Numbered from the stretch's first letter, positions 18,016 to 28,195 are shown. The stretch: DNA of 64,000 bases from Alteromonas sp. (GCA_964220215.1 CAXPTH010000023.1:7943-71942), one strand, 5' to 3'. The notes: generated by a model not told the origin, from the letters alone. Program-made: numbers and translations.

Positions 18016-18228
18016 ATTAGTTAGTAAACAAGAATGTAATGAACTCTAATTAAGTTCACGGTTTCAGGGTCACACGTTGTACTTGTTCAAATAAAACACG
18101 CCAACAATACATCACTGCAACCAGCCTTTCAAAAACACCTTAGAGATGTTCAAGGAAGCAATTGGCATAAGTGTGGATACAAATAGCATTTTACGACATT
18201 GATTTAGAAAAGAAAATAGAAAGCAATC

Positions 18229-18303
18229 ATGGGTGACAAAGAAACCATACATAACACGGATTTTAAACCGGTCGAATTCGACCGGTTTAGACTTATGATT
18301 TAA
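18229..18303 (+). pseudogene. Very short remnant resembling a KilA-N domain gene (HNTDFKPVEFDRFR)
   Basis: The peptide resembles the NPDFKPVEFDxF segment recalled from bacterial KilA-N proteins; only about 14 aa of similarity. Confidence 0.45.
18264..18289. repeat. Perfect 26-bp palindrome TAAACCGGTCGAATTCGACCGGTTTA
   Basis: Self-reverse-complementary; lies 3 nt past the cinA stop at the right edge of the AT-rich islet; may also act as a terminator. Confidence 0.95.
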
Positions 18304-19504
18304 ACGTCACCATTTGATGCAACACCGCAACGGCGGCTCGGCACTGAATTTGATCCCGTTGTCCCGAAAGCTGTAGCCGTTCGGTATGGGTCCCGGATTC
18401 CGTAGCGATTGCAATGTAAACGGTTCCCACCGGCTTTGCTTCGGTTCCGCCATCGGGGCCGGCAATACCGGTTGTTGCCAACCCAATGCTGGCACCGGTT
18501 TGATCTCGGATGGCTTCAGCCATGGCCGCTGCAACGGCGGAACTCACCGCACCATGCGCGTCAATTAGGGCCTTGTCTACGCCTAAAATGCGGACTTTAG
18601 ACGCATTGCTATAGGCCACAACACCCGCCAATACCACCGATGAACTGCCCGGAACGGCCGTTAGTAGTTGAGCCACACGCCCGCCGGTACACGACTCGGC
18701 CAGCGCCACCGTGTCTGACCGAGCCTGTAAGTACCGAACGATGGTTTCGCCAAACGTCTCAGCGGCTGTGGTATACGCACAGTCTGCAAGTGCCGCTTGA
18801 ATATGCGCGTGCACAGCCTCAGCCTCGGGTGTTGTGGTACAACACTGCACATGGACCTCTGGAAATGGTACTTGATAGCGAATGGTGACGCCTTCGGGTA
18901 ATGGGTACAACGGTGCCAGTCGATCCGCAATCTCCGATTCACCCACACCCACGCATTTGACAGTTGTAATAACCCGATGGTGCTGATGCTGGCGCCGATG
19001 GGCGTGAAGCCACGGCAACACCCACGTCTCTAGCATCGGCTGCATCTCCCGTGGAACACCCGGCAACAAAAACCACTCGGTTATCCCGACGGTATGCTGA
19101 ATACCCACAGCCGTTCCATTGGGATTGGGAATGGGCGTAGCCCCTTGGGGAATATCGGCTTGCTTCAAATTGCTAGCCGGCATGGTTCGGTTGCGTTTGG
19201 CATAAAACGCTCGCAAGCTCGCTTCAGTTGCCGCATCACGAACTAGCGGGACCGTTGCCATCTGTGCGAAGGCTTGCACGGTTCGATCATCGTCTGTTGG
19301 CCCAAGCCCACCCGTACACATGACCACATCCGCCTGCATGGCCCGCATGGTTTTGACTACGTCGTCTAAGGCATCGCCCACACACACGGTTTGATGCACG
19401 GAATACCCCGACTCCCATAGCATTTTAGCGATTGTTTGCTGATTGGTATTGGCAATGCGCCCGTCCAGCAATTCATCGCCAATACAGAGCAGCCCAATGA
19501 TCAC
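18293..19504 (-). CDS. cinA: CinA family protein (MoCF-like domain + PncC NMN deamidase)
   Basis: IGDELLDG, TGGLGPTDDD, LPGVPREM, AESCTGG, TGIAGPDGG. Confidence 0.93.
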   Translation of the reverse strand: MIIGLLCIGDELLDGRIANTNQQTIAKMLWESGYSVHQTVCVGDALDDVVKTMRAMQADVVMCTGGLGPTDDDRTVQAFAQMATVPLVRDAATEASLRAFYAKRNRTMPASNLKQADIPQGATPIPNPNGTAVGIQHTVGITEWFLLPGVPREMQPMLETWVLPWLHAHRRQHQHHRVITTVKCVGVGESEIADRLAPLYPLPEGVTIRYQVPFPEVHVQCCTTTPEAEAVHAHIQAALADCAYTTAAETFGETIVRYLQARSDTVALAESCTGGRVAQLLTAVPGSSSVVLAGVVAYSNASKVRILGVDKALIDAHGAVSSAVAAAMAEAIRDQTGASIGLATTGIAGPDGGTEAKPVGTVYIAIATESGTHTERLQLSGQRDQIQCRAAVAVLHQMVTFKS

Positions 19505-20205
19505 TCATCCGTCTCCATGATCATCGTTAGCGTTTTTTGATAATTCAGCGCATCCACCTGTCCCACAGCCAATCGACCGAGTTGGATAGGCCCGATGGTG
19601 TCGCGATGCAAGGCAATCACCCGATACCCCAAGGTATCAAACAACCGGCGAATGATTCGATTACGTCCCTGAGCAATCACCACCCGATACCGGTTTTTAC
19701 TCAACGATTCCAACCGTGTGAGACGCACGGGCCCATCATCCAAAAACAAGCCCCCCAACAAGCGGCGGCTATCCGAGGCCGTCACGGCATGGGCCAGTTG
19801 AACCACATACTGCTTGTCTATTTGATAGCGGGGATGCAAAATTTGGTTGGCTAGTTGCCCATCATTGGTGAGCAACAACAACCCAGAGGTATCGCGATCC
19901 AACCGCCCCACTGGAAATACGGGCTCTGGAATGTGCCGACACACATCGGCCAAGCAGGGCCGGCCTCGCGGATCCGTCATGGTTGAAATGACCCCCACGG
20001 GCTTGTGGTATCGGTAGATGGCCATGCCAATAATCCCCGTCACACGAACCCCCCGAATTGAAATACGATCCACCGCAGGGTCAATGGTGATCCGCAAGGT
20101 CTGGCAAACCCGACCATTGCACTGAATGGCCCCCTGATTCAACTGATCATACACTTCGCGCCGGGTATACTCCGTATACGCCACAAGATACTGATCCAAT
20201 CGCAT
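19501..20205 (-). CDS. RsuA/RluB-family pseudouridine synthase
   Basis: S4-like N terminus, HKPVG, PVGRLDRDTSGLLLLTNDG, GRNRIIRR. Confidence 0.9.
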   Translation of the reverse strand: MRLDQYLVAYTEYTRREVYDQLNQGAIQCNGRVCQTLRITIDPAVDRISIRGVRVTGIIGMAIYRYHKPVGVISTMTDPRGRPCLADVCRHIPEPVFPVGRLDRDTSGLLLLTNDGQLANQILHPRYQIDKQYVVQLAHAVTASDSRRLLGGLFLDDGPVRLTRLESLSKNRYRVVIAQGRNRIIRRLFDTLGYRVIALHRDTIGPIQLGRLAVGQVDALNYQKTLTMIMETDE

Positions 20206-20206
20206 A

Positions 20207-20647
20207 TTAGCGCACCGTATCCCGAAGCACCACGCGATTATTCTGCAACAACTTCAGCACGTGATTTTGGGGATCCAATTGCAAGTGGTCCGTCGTAATG
20301 AGCATCTCATCCGCCGATAATTGAACCTGATTATACGCGGCCAGCTGCCCGGATGTTAGTGCGTACGCCATTCGATCAGCGGTTAACGCATACGCATCAA
20401 TGCGGCCTTTCACGGCGTGCATCACCATACGGGGCTGTTGATCCAAAAACAGCTCCGCTTCCGTGGCACGCATTGCCAGCACATCCCGATCACGCTCTAC
20501 ATGGCGAATACGCACCCCCGCCATCACAATATTGGGGGTGCCTTCTGGAAGCAGCTGGGGCACATTTTCAAGTGTTGAATACTGAATAGCGACGGCAACA
20601 ATCACCCCCAAACCGATCCCCAGAAGAAGCAACCACCTACTCATCAT
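20207..20647 (-). CDS. Hypothetical single-TM protein, possibly LptC-like
   Basis: N-terminal TM helix followed by a beta-rich domain; packed within the operon. Confidence 0.5.
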   Translation of the reverse strand: MMSRWLLLLGIGLGVIVAVAIQYSTLENVPQLLPEGTPNIVMAGVRIRHVERDRDVLAMRATEAELFLDQQPRMVMHAVKGRIDAYALTADRMAYALTSGQLAAYNQVQLSADEMLITTDHLQLDPQNHVLKLLQNNRVVLRDTVR

Positions 20648-21284
20648 CAGGGGTATCGGGATCGCCATAAATATGGCTTTGCGCCAACTTTTCTTCGGCT
20701 AAGAGAGAAGCAGCCCGAGCCCGGTGCGAAAAGGCCCGAAACCCTTTGTCTTTTGCCGCATACGCTTCGGCAATTAAAAAGTGAATTGCGGCCAGATCAT
20801 AGTGTATATCCAAGGCCTGTTGGCACCAATCTAAGACCGCGTCGTAATCGTTGGCTTCCCCTCGAATTAAGCCAATGTAGCCCATGGCCCAGACATGTTC
20901 CGGTTCCAAGTCCAAAACGGCATGAAACGCGGCCTCTGCAGCTTCTTTTTGCCCATCAAAATACAGGCCAAAGCCCAATTTAAAGGCGTGTTGCCATACT
21001 GCCGGCTCGGCTTTGCGCTTTGCTTGATAATACGCCACAATTTTTCCTGAGAAATCGGGGTCCAGCGCATCGACTTTTTTAAGCGTATCCAACCCCTTTA
21101 ATACGCGACCCGTGTAGGCGTAGTTCATAGCCAATTCAAAATTCGCCGTTGCGCTATCGGGTGTTTCTTGGACCTGGCGATACAAAGCATGGTATTCTGT
21201 GACGGCCCAATCGGGCGGATAGTATACGCCAAATACTAAACTGGACACAAACACCCCAAGAATGCTGAGGTGTATCGTCCGCAT
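20637..21284 (-). CDS. Secreted tetratricopeptide-repeat protein
   Basis: Signal-like N terminus; repeated A/Y/LG helical TPR pattern. Confidence 0.75.
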   Translation of the reverse strand: MRTIHLSILGVFVSSLVFGVYYPPDWAVTEYHALYRQVQETPDSATANFELAMNYAYTGRVLKGLDTLKKVDALDPDFSGKIVAYYQAKRKAEPAVWQHAFKLGFGLYFDGQKEAAEAAFHAVLDLEPEHVWAMGYIGLIRGEANDYDAVLDWCQQALDIHYDLAAIHFLIAEAYAAKDKGFRAFSHRARAASLLAEEKLAQSHIYGDPDTPDDE

Positions 21285-23104
21285 TATTGGGTTGAATGAC
21301 TCAGCTTAGACAATAAGGTATTGGACCGTGCAATAAACGTTTGTAGGGATTCACCCGATACTTGCTGCTTGGATAACCGTGCCAAGTCCACCACATGCAA
21401 ACACAGGGATTGAACAAACTCGGCATCGGCATTGGATTGGCTGAGCCCCACAATATTTTGAATTAATGGGCTTTGATTGTTAATCACCAACGTCATAATA
21501 TCCAAGCCTGGCACTGAACCCGCCCCTTTCATGAAGTGCTGCATATTTTTTAGGCGTTTAATTTGTTCCGATTCGATGAACATAGCGGACACGGTCTCCG
21601 ACTTTAACGCTTTGACTTCTACCGTTGTGGTTTCGGTATCCAACACAGACTTAAACAGATCAACAATTTGATCATCACGGGTTTGGTTGGTATCGTCAAC
21701 GACTTGTGCCGATTTAGACGCATCCACCAAACTGTCATTCACCTCCGAATCCACGGATACGTACTGAATATCGGACGCTTTGGATTCTAAAAACTGAACA
21801 AAATGGCTATCGATTAACGCATGGAAAAATAGCACTTCCAACCCCTGGTCTTGGCACATTGACACATAGGTTGCCTGCCGATCTTTATCTGCGCAGTACA
21901 AGACTTTTTTGCCCAGCTTATCGGTATTGCGTTCCATGTAGGCCGCCACGGTTGTGGTATGCCCGGACGACGACTCAAACAAGACATTGTCTTTCATTTT
22001 TTCGTAAAACTCTGCGTTTTGCATCATGCCGTATTTGATAAATGGGCTGATGTCCGGCCAGATTTTAGCATACTGATCCGCATCGTTTTTATGCAATTGG
22101 CTAAGCTTATCCGCCACTTTTTTAACAATGTGCTTGGATATTTTTTGCACGTATGGGTCATTTTGCAAATAACTTCGGGACACATTTAGGGGAATGTCTG
22201 GGCAATCGATGGCGCCTTGAAGCAACGTCAAAAATTCAGGAATAACATCGCCGGCCTGATCGGACACAAAAATTTGCTTGCAGTATAGTTTGACCTGGCC
22301 TTTCGTTGCATCCAGTTCGTGCATCACTTTGGGGAAATATAAAATTCCGGTTAGATTGAATGGGTAATCGACGTTCAAATGAATCCAAAACAAGGGCTCT
22401 TCTTGAAAGGGGAACAAGGTTTTATAAAAGTCTTGGTAGGCCTCCGGCTTGGTATCACTGGGGGCTTGCGTCCACAGGGGTTTTTGATGATTCGCTACCG
22501 TATCATTGACTGAAATGGGAACGGGCAAAAAGTTCGTGTATTTTTCAACCAATGTTTTTAACCGAGCTTCCTCTAAAAACGATTCGCTGTCCGCATTAAT
22601 ATGCAAGATAACATCCGTTCCGACGGTTGCTCGTGTCCCGGACTTCAGGGTGTAATTGGTGGTCCCATCGCAGGTCCACACGGCGGCCTCGGCATCATCC
22701 TTGTAAGACTTGGACTGTACCTCTACGGTGTCCGCAACCATGAACGCGGAATAAAAGCCCAGACCAAAGTGCCCAATGATGCTGTTTTTATCAGACTCAT
22801 CATCAAATTTAGCTAAAAACTCTTCGGCGCTTGAAAATGCAATTTGAGCCAAATACCGTTCCAGCTCATCGGCGTCCATACCCAGACCCGTATCTGAAAT
22901 TGTGATGGTTTTTTTGTCTTTGTTAATGGCAATATGAATGGCGTGATCGGTAAACCCACCGGCAATTTGATTGCGTTTGGTAATGGCGTCATAGGCATTG
23001 GATACCAATTCTCTTAAAAAGACTTCGTGATCCGAATACAACCATTTTTTAATAACGGGGAAAATATTTTCGGTATGAATCCCGATCGTACCCTTCTTTT
23101 CCAT
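21284..23104 (-). CDS. htpG: Hsp90 chaperone HtpG
   Basis: FLRELVSNAYDA, DTGLGM, IGHFGLGFYSAF, IPLNVSRS. Confidence 0.97.
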   Translation of the reverse strand: MEKKGTIGIHTENIFPVIKKWLYSDHEVFLRELVSNAYDAITKRNQIAGGFTDHAIHIAINKDKKTITISDTGLGMDADELERYLAQIAFSSAEEFLAKFDDESDKNSIIGHFGLGFYSAFMVADTVEVQSKSYKDDAEAAVWTCDGTTNYTLKSGTRATVGTDVILHINADSESFLEEARLKTLVEKYTNFLPVPISVNDTVANHQKPLWTQAPSDTKPEAYQDFYKTLFPFQEEPLFWIHLNVDYPFNLTGILYFPKVMHELDATKGQVKLYCKQIFVSDQAGDVIPEFLTLLQGAIDCPDIPLNVSRSYLQNDPYVQKISKHIVKKVADKLSQLHKNDADQYAKIWPDISPFIKYGMMQNAEFYEKMKDNVLFESSSGHTTTVAAYMERNTDKLGKKVLYCADKDRQATYVSMCQDQGLEVLFFHALIDSHFVQFLESKASDIQYVSVDSEVNDSLVDASKSAQVVDDTNQTRDDQIVDLFKSVLDTETTTVEVKALKSETVSAMFIESEQIKRLKNMQHFMKGAGSVPGLDIMTLVINNQSPLIQNIVGLSQSNADAEFVQSLCLHVVDLARLSKQQVSGESLQTFIARSNTLLSKLSHSTQ

Positions 23105-23118
23105 GTGAAAAACCTCCT

Positions 23119-24294
23119 TTAGTTTGTTAATGCGATTAAGCGAACCCGCTTAACCCCGTCTAAGGTCGTGATCTCGTCGACCAAGTTACTGGAAACATCG
23201 CCATCCAGGTCAATCAGTGTATAGGCAATGTTACCGCGGCTTTTATTCACCATTTCGGATATATTCAAGCCATTATTGGCTAAAATAGACGTCACCTGCC
23301 CAATAATATTCGGGACGTTGTCATTGGTAATGGCCAATCGGTTTTTTCCGGTTGGTTCCATCGCACAGGTGGGGTAGTTAACCGAATTCACAATATTACC
23401 CAATGTTAAAAAGTCTTTCATTTGATTGGCAATCATAATGGCACAATTTTCTTCAGCTTCACGGGTGGATGCCCCCAAGTGTGGAATTGAAATAACTGAG
23501 GGATGCTCCACCAGCGTTTGCGATGGAAAATCGGTCAAGTACTGCTTAACGACATGGTTATTTAACGCGTCGGCCATATCGGCTTCATCCACAATATCGG
23601 GCCGCGCAAAATTAAGAACGACGGTTCCGGGCTTCATATCCGCCATAATCGATGCATTAAAAAATGCTTGTGTTTCGGGTGTCGAAGGGACATGCAAGCT
23701 AATGTAATCCACTTTTTTTAGCAACGCTTTGATGCTTTCAACCCGGCGAACCTGAGGCGATAGGCTCCACGCCCAATTAATGGAAATAAAGGGGTCTAGA
23801 CCATAGACTTTCAAGCCAAAGTCAACCGCCGTGTTGGCTACCATGCTGCCAATCGCACCCAAGCCAATGACCCCGAGGGATTTTCCTTGCAATTCTTCAC
23901 CACCAAATCGAGATTTGTTCTTCTCAACTTGCTCACCCAAGCTGGCATCCACCGGCAATGACTTGACGAACTCTAAGCCTCCCAAGACATCGCGGGATGA
24001 CAACAACATACCCATAAAGACCAATTCTTTGACCGCATTGGCGTTGGCCCCAGGGGCATTAAACACAACAACGGCGTCATCGGTACACCGATCAACAGGA
24101 ATATTGTTAACCCCCGCCCCTGCACGGCCAATGGCCAAAAGCTCAGGGTTAATTGTCATGTCGTGGAGCTTATGACTACGCAAAACGATGGCTTCCGGGT
24201 CTGCAACATCTGCGCCAACATCACAAAAGCTCGATAATTTATCGATGCCGGATTCGGCAATTTTGTTGTAAACCCGAACCTTAAATTTAGCCAT
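23119..24294 (-). CDS. serA: D-3-phosphoglycerate dehydrogenase with ACT domain
   Basis: RAGAGVNNIP, GLGAIG, NFAR, PHLGAST, C-terminal ACT domain. Confidence 0.92.
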   Translation of the reverse strand: MAKFKVRVYNKIAESGIDKLSSFCDVGADVADPEAIVLRSHKLHDMTINPELLAIGRAGAGVNNIPVDRCTDDAVVVFNAPGANANAVKELVFMGMLLSSRDVLGGLEFVKSLPVDASLGEQVEKNKSRFGGEELQGKSLGVIGLGAIGSMVANTAVDFGLKVYGLDPFISINWAWSLSPQVRRVESIKALLKKVDYISLHVPSTPETQAFFNASIMADMKPGTVVLNFARPDIVDEADMADALNNHVVKQYLTDFPSQTLVEHPSVISIPHLGASTREAEENCAIMIANQMKDFLTLGNIVNSVNYPTCAMEPTGKNRLAITNDNVPNIIGQVTSILANNGLNISEMVNKSRGNIAYTLIDLDGDVSSNLVDEITTLDGVKRVRLIALTN

Positions 24295-24298
24295 TGGA

Positions 24299-24724
24299 CT
24301 ACCGTTTTCGGAATTGTGGGGCTTTACGGGCACCACGCTTGCCGTATTTGCTTCGCTCTTTCACACGGGCATCCCGCACCAAAAAGTCATGCTGTTTTAA
24401 TTCTGGCTTCAAGCTTGCATCGGTTTCAAGAATCGCACGGGCAACACCCAATTTTAATGCATCGGCCTGACCCGACATCCCACCACCTTTCACGGTTGCT
24501 TTCACATCGTATTTACCGTCGATACCCATTTGAGTCAATGGGCTGGCTGCAATTTGGCGCAACATGTCTGAGGGCAAGTAGTCACTCACATCACGGCCAT
24601 TAATTTCGAACCGTCCAGATCCTTTAAAAATCCATACACGAGCAACCGCTTCCTTACGGCGACCCGTTCCATAGAAGCTCTCGCTGGGTACTTTTAATTT
24701 TGTTTCTTTATCTTTTGTTGGCAT
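24299..24724 (-). CDS. rpsI: 30S ribosomal protein S9
   Basis: GTGRRKEAVARV, GGGMSGQA, ARKAPQFRKR. Confidence 0.97.
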   Translation of the reverse strand: MPTKDKETKLKVPSESFYGTGRRKEAVARVWIFKGSGRFEINGRDVSDYLPSDMLRQIAASPLTQMGIDGKYDVKATVKGGGMSGQADALKLGVARAILETDASLKPELKQHDFLVRDARVKERSKYGKRGARKAPQFRKR

Positions 24725-24733
24725 GATGACTCC

Positions 24734-25171
24734 TTACACGTTCACTGGTTCAGGCTGTTGAGCCTCGTGAGGATGCTCACTACCAGCATATACTTTCAAC
24801 TGATTTAAAAATTTGATTCGAGTTTTTGGCAACATGCCTTTAACGGCACGCTCAATAATGCGCTCTGGAAATCGGCGCTTTACATCGGCATAGGATTCTG
24901 TTTTTAACCCACCGGGATATCCTGAGTGGCGGTAATATTTTTTGTCGGTTTCTTTGTTACCCGTCACCGCGATCTGATCAGCGTTAATGACGACCACAAA
25001 GTCCCCCATATCAACACCCGGGGTATACGATGCCTTGTGCTTCCCGGTTAGTAAAATGGCCACTTCTGTTGCCAAACGACCCAAGACTTTATCTTTGGCA
25101 TCAACAACCCACCATTTTTTAGTAATGTTACTGGGTTTTGGATAAAAAGACGGTTGGTTTTTACGTTTCAT
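24734..25171 (-). CDS. rplM: 50S ribosomal protein L13
   Basis: WWVVDA..LGRLA, HSGYPGGLK, HPHEAQQP. Confidence 0.97.
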   Translation of the reverse strand: MKRKNQPSFYPKPSNITKKWWVVDAKDKVLGRLATEVAILLTGKHKASYTPGVDMGDFVVVINADQIAVTGNKETDKKYYRHSGYPGGLKTESYADVKRRFPERIIERAVKGMLPKTRIKFLNQLKVYAGSEHPHEAQQPEPVNV

Positions 25172-25216
25172 AATGTCTCCTCACGACGATTGTATGATTA
25201 ACTATGTTGCATATTG

Positions 25217-25963
25217 CTAGTACCGAACTTGGTATAGCGTCAAGCCCTTTGCAGGCACTGGCTTATAATTATACACGATAGTCCTATCATTTGTGAATAA
25301 GTCTTTAAAATCCGCGAGTGTTTTTCGTTGATAGATCAGCTCAAATATAGCGCCAATGAGGTTTCGAACCATGCCGTATAAAAACCCATTGGCTTCGATT
25401 TCAATGCACCAATAGGCCCCATCCTTCCAACACGTTGCGGCTAAAACACGTCGGCGCGTGCTGGCGCTACTGGACCCAGACCGACAAAACCGATAAAAAT
25501 CATGCTCACCAATCATAGACGGCAACGCAGCTTGGATTGTTGCAATATCGGTATCTTGGCTGGGCAAGGCTGCCACGTAGCGCGATGCCCATAAACTGGG
25601 TTGTTGATCTGAAAAATAGTATCGATATACCCGAGATTGCGCCGAATACCGTGCATGAAACGATGGGTCAACCGCCGTCACTGAGCGAATTAAGATGTCA
25701 TGAAACCGCCAATTTAACAACTGCTTTTGAATGGCGGGCAATGGCATGGCGGTATTCACTTGAAAATTAATGACTTGCTGGTGCGCATGAACCCCCGTAT
25801 CGGTTCGCCCAGCGGCAACCAAGTGAACGGGCCCGAACCATTGCGTTAAGACATGTTCCAGAGCCGATTGAACCGTTCGAACCCCCGGTTGTTTTTGGTA
25901 CCCATAATAATGGGTGCCATCGTATGCAATATCTAAACGAAGGTTCCGAACCGTTGGTGGCAA
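25217..25963 (-). CDS. truA: tRNA pseudouridine(38-40) synthase
   Basis: YDGT..GYQ, AGRTDTGVHA, FHARYSA, FLYGMVR. Confidence 0.95.
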   Translation of the reverse strand: MPPTVRNLRLDIAYDGTHYYGYQKQPGVRTVQSALEHVLTQWFGPVHLVAAGRTDTGVHAHQQVINFQVNTAMPLPAIQKQLLNWRFHDILIRSVTAVDPSFHARYSAQSRVYRYYFSDQQPSLWASRYVAALPSQDTDIATIQAALPSMIGEHDFYRFCRSGSSSASTRRRVLAATCWKDGAYWCIEIEANGFLYGMVRNLIGAIFELIYQRKTLADFKDLFTNDRTIVYNYKPVPAKGLTLYQVRY

Positions 25964-25964
25964 C

Positions 25965-26318
25965 CTATGAAGAGAACTGAATTAAGCTCATATCCGCATT
26001 GTCCCCTTTCCGTTTGGCTAATGGGACAAGGCTGGTGAATCCACCGTTACGAGATTCACAAGCGCTTGCAATGGCTTTAACTTGTGTGGACAACACTTTA
26101 CGGTGCGGAAACATAGCCAACGCTTGGCGATAACTTGCCAAATCGCCGCGCTTAATTAAGGCCACAATACGATCAACATACCGAGACACTTCTTTTGCTC
26201 GCGTTGTGGTTGTTTTGATTTTTTGATTCACAAACAACGCATAGGCTAAACTTCGCAATAATGCGATTCGCTGATCGGTGGGTTTATTTAGTTTTTTATT
26301 GGATCGTCGATGTCGCAT
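25965..26318 (-). CDS. rplQ: 50S ribosomal protein L17
   Basis: MRHR, IKTT..RAKE, RNGGFT, RKGDNA. Confidence 0.95.
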   Translation of the reverse strand: MRHRRSNKKLNKPTDQRIALLRSLAYALFVNQKIKTTTTRAKEVSRYVDRIVALIKRGDLASYRQALAMFPHRKVLSTQVKAIASACESRNGGFTSLVPLAKRKGDNADMSLIQFSS

Positions 26319-26320
26319 GA

Positions 26321-27277
26321 TTAACCCGGGATTTTAACATCAAACTCTTTGAGTTTTTCATTAATTTCAACAATACTTTTTTCGCCTAAATTTTTGATTC
26401 GAGACAATTCTTCATGCCCCATATCGAGCAACTGACGAACGGTGCTTACACCGCCACGCTTTAAGCAGTTGAGCGCACGAACATTCAGCCCAAGGTCATC
26501 AATACTCATGCTTTCCAAAGCCGCTGTTGTATCGCTAGCGGCATCATCTGCACTTGCTAAGGCTTCATTCACAACTGGCTTCTCATCCATCTGCCCAAAC
26601 AAACTAATTTGTTTGCACAAAATAGCGGCACCTTCTTTCACCACAGCTTCCGGCGATAGCCCCCCATTGGTCCACACATCTAGAACCAATTTCTCATACC
26701 CGAGGTCTTTACCCACACGAATATTAACAACCTCATGGTTCACACGAACAACGGGTGAAAATGATGCATCCAAATAAATAACATCGGGACTCACATCGTC
26801 ACTTTTCGCATTCAGGTCTGATGATAAATACCCAACGCCAGCACTGACTTCACACGTCATTGCAACCGATACGGTATCTACGGCTTCAAACAAAAACTGA
26901 TCCGGATTCAACAATGTAATGTTAGACGGAACTTTAAATTGATCCGCACGGACCTCCCCTTTGCCTTTAAACGCAAGCTCTATGGTGTATTTGTGATCAT
27001 CATAGACGGTATCCGCATTCAGGGAAAAGACTAAGCTTTTTAAATTGCACAAAATATCCAAAACATCTTCACGAACATGTTCGATGGTCGAAAACTCGTG
27101 CAAAACCCCATCAATTTTCACCGATGTCACTCGAATACCTGGGATAGACGATAGCAACACCCGTCGCATCGCATTCCCAATACTGGTACCCATGCCTTTA
27201 ATTAATGGTGAAAATGAAAACTTAGAATAGTTTTCATTGACTACCTCTTGTTGAACCCACGCCTCAATATCACGCAT
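26321..27277 (-). CDS. rpoA: RNA polymerase alpha subunit
   Basis: GNAMRRVLLSS, HEFSTI, FSPVVRV, VRALNCLKR, NLGEKS. Confidence 0.96.
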   Translation of the reverse strand: MRDIEAWVQQEVVNENYSKFSFSPLIKGMGTSIGNAMRRVLLSSIPGIRVTSVKIDGVLHEFSTIEHVREDVLDILCNLKSLVFSLNADTVYDDHKYTIELAFKGKGEVRADQFKVPSNITLLNPDQFLFEAVDTVSVAMTCEVSAGVGYLSSDLNAKSDDVSPDVIYLDASFSPVVRVNHEVVNIRVGKDLGYEKLVLDVWTNGGLSPEAVVKEGAAILCKQISLFGQMDEKPVVNEALASADDAASDTTAALESMSIDDLGLNVRALNCLKRGGVSTVRQLLDMGHEELSRIKNLGEKSIVEINEKLKEFDVKIPG

Positions 27278-27301
27278 AAAAACCTCCTTACTTAACCTAA
27301 T

Positions 27302-27685
27302 TTAAACCCGTCGATACTTTCGAGGCCGACATCCATTGTGAGGAACACTCGTGTTGTCTTCGATCGACAGCACCTCTAATCCAGCAGACTGGAGGGCTCG
27401 TATTGCGGACTCACGACCGGGCCCAGGGCCTTTAACCACAACCGCAACTGATTGAACACCATAGTTTTCCATGGCACGCAAAGCCGCACGCTCAGCCGCT
27501 TGCTGCGCTGCAAATGGAGTCCCTTTTTTTGCGCCTTTAAACCCGGCCATGCCGGTTGAGAATGACGCCAAAACATCCCCATTGACCGGATTTGTAATTG
27601 CCACAATGGTGTTGTTAAATGTTGAATAAATACAGGCTTTGGCTGTTGGTATATTCCGCTTTGTTCCTTTCTTTTTTACGCTCAT
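27302..27685 (-). CDS. rpsK: 30S ribosomal protein S11
   Basis: [24 protein letters not shown]. Confidence 0.97.
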   Translation of the reverse strand: MSVKKKGTKRNIPTAKACIYSTFNNTIVAITNPVNGDVLASFSTGMAGFKGAKKGTPFAAQQAAERAALRAMENYGVQSVAVVVKGPGPGRESAIRALQSAGLEVLSIEDNTSVPHNGCRPRKYRRV

Positions 27686-27703
27686 AATTCTATCCTATTC
27701 ACT

Positions 27704-28078
27704 CTATTTCGTTACTTTCTTCTTGCCGGCAACGGCAATGGCTTTCCCGCGTCGTGTTCGAGCATTGGTATGCGTGCGTTGACCCCGAACCGGCAATTTT
27801 CGTCGATGCCGCGTCCCCCGATACGACCCAATCTCTCGCAACCGCTTCAATGATTGCGCAACGGATCGTCGCAAATCACCCTCTAGCGTATAATTCTCTA
27901 ATAGTTTTCGAAGCTTCACCACGTCCGCTTCAGCGATGTCACGCACACGCATGTTACCATCTAATTTTAATGTTTGAATAATTTCTTGTGATGTTTTTAA
28001 TCCGATGCCTTGAATATAGGTCAACGCAATTACCAATCGCTTATTTTGTGGAAGATCAACTCCTACTAATCGAATCAT
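27704..28078 (-). CDS. rpsM: 30S ribosomal protein S13
   Basis: [24 protein letters not shown]. Confidence 0.97.
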   Translation of the reverse strand: MIRLVGVDLPQNKRLVIALTYIQGIGLKTSQEIIQTLKLDGNMRVRDIAEADVVKLRKLLENYTLEGDLRRSVAQSLKRLREIGSYRGTRHRRKLPVRGQRTHTNARTRRGKAIAVAGKKKVTK

Positions 28079-28081
28079 AGT

Positions 28082-28195
28082 CTAACCCTGCCTTTGTTTA
28101 TGTTTAGGAATATCGCAAATAACGTATAATATTCCTCTTCTACGTACAACTTTACATTTTTTACATTTTTTTCGAACCGAAGCACATGTCTTCAT
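28082..28195 (-). CDS. rpmJ: 50S ribosomal protein L36 (zinc-binding type)
   Basis: Hand translation [37 protein letters not shown]; below the ORF-track cutoff. Confidence 0.95.
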   Translation of the reverse strand: MKTCASVRKKCKKCKVVRRRGILYVICDIPKHKQRQG

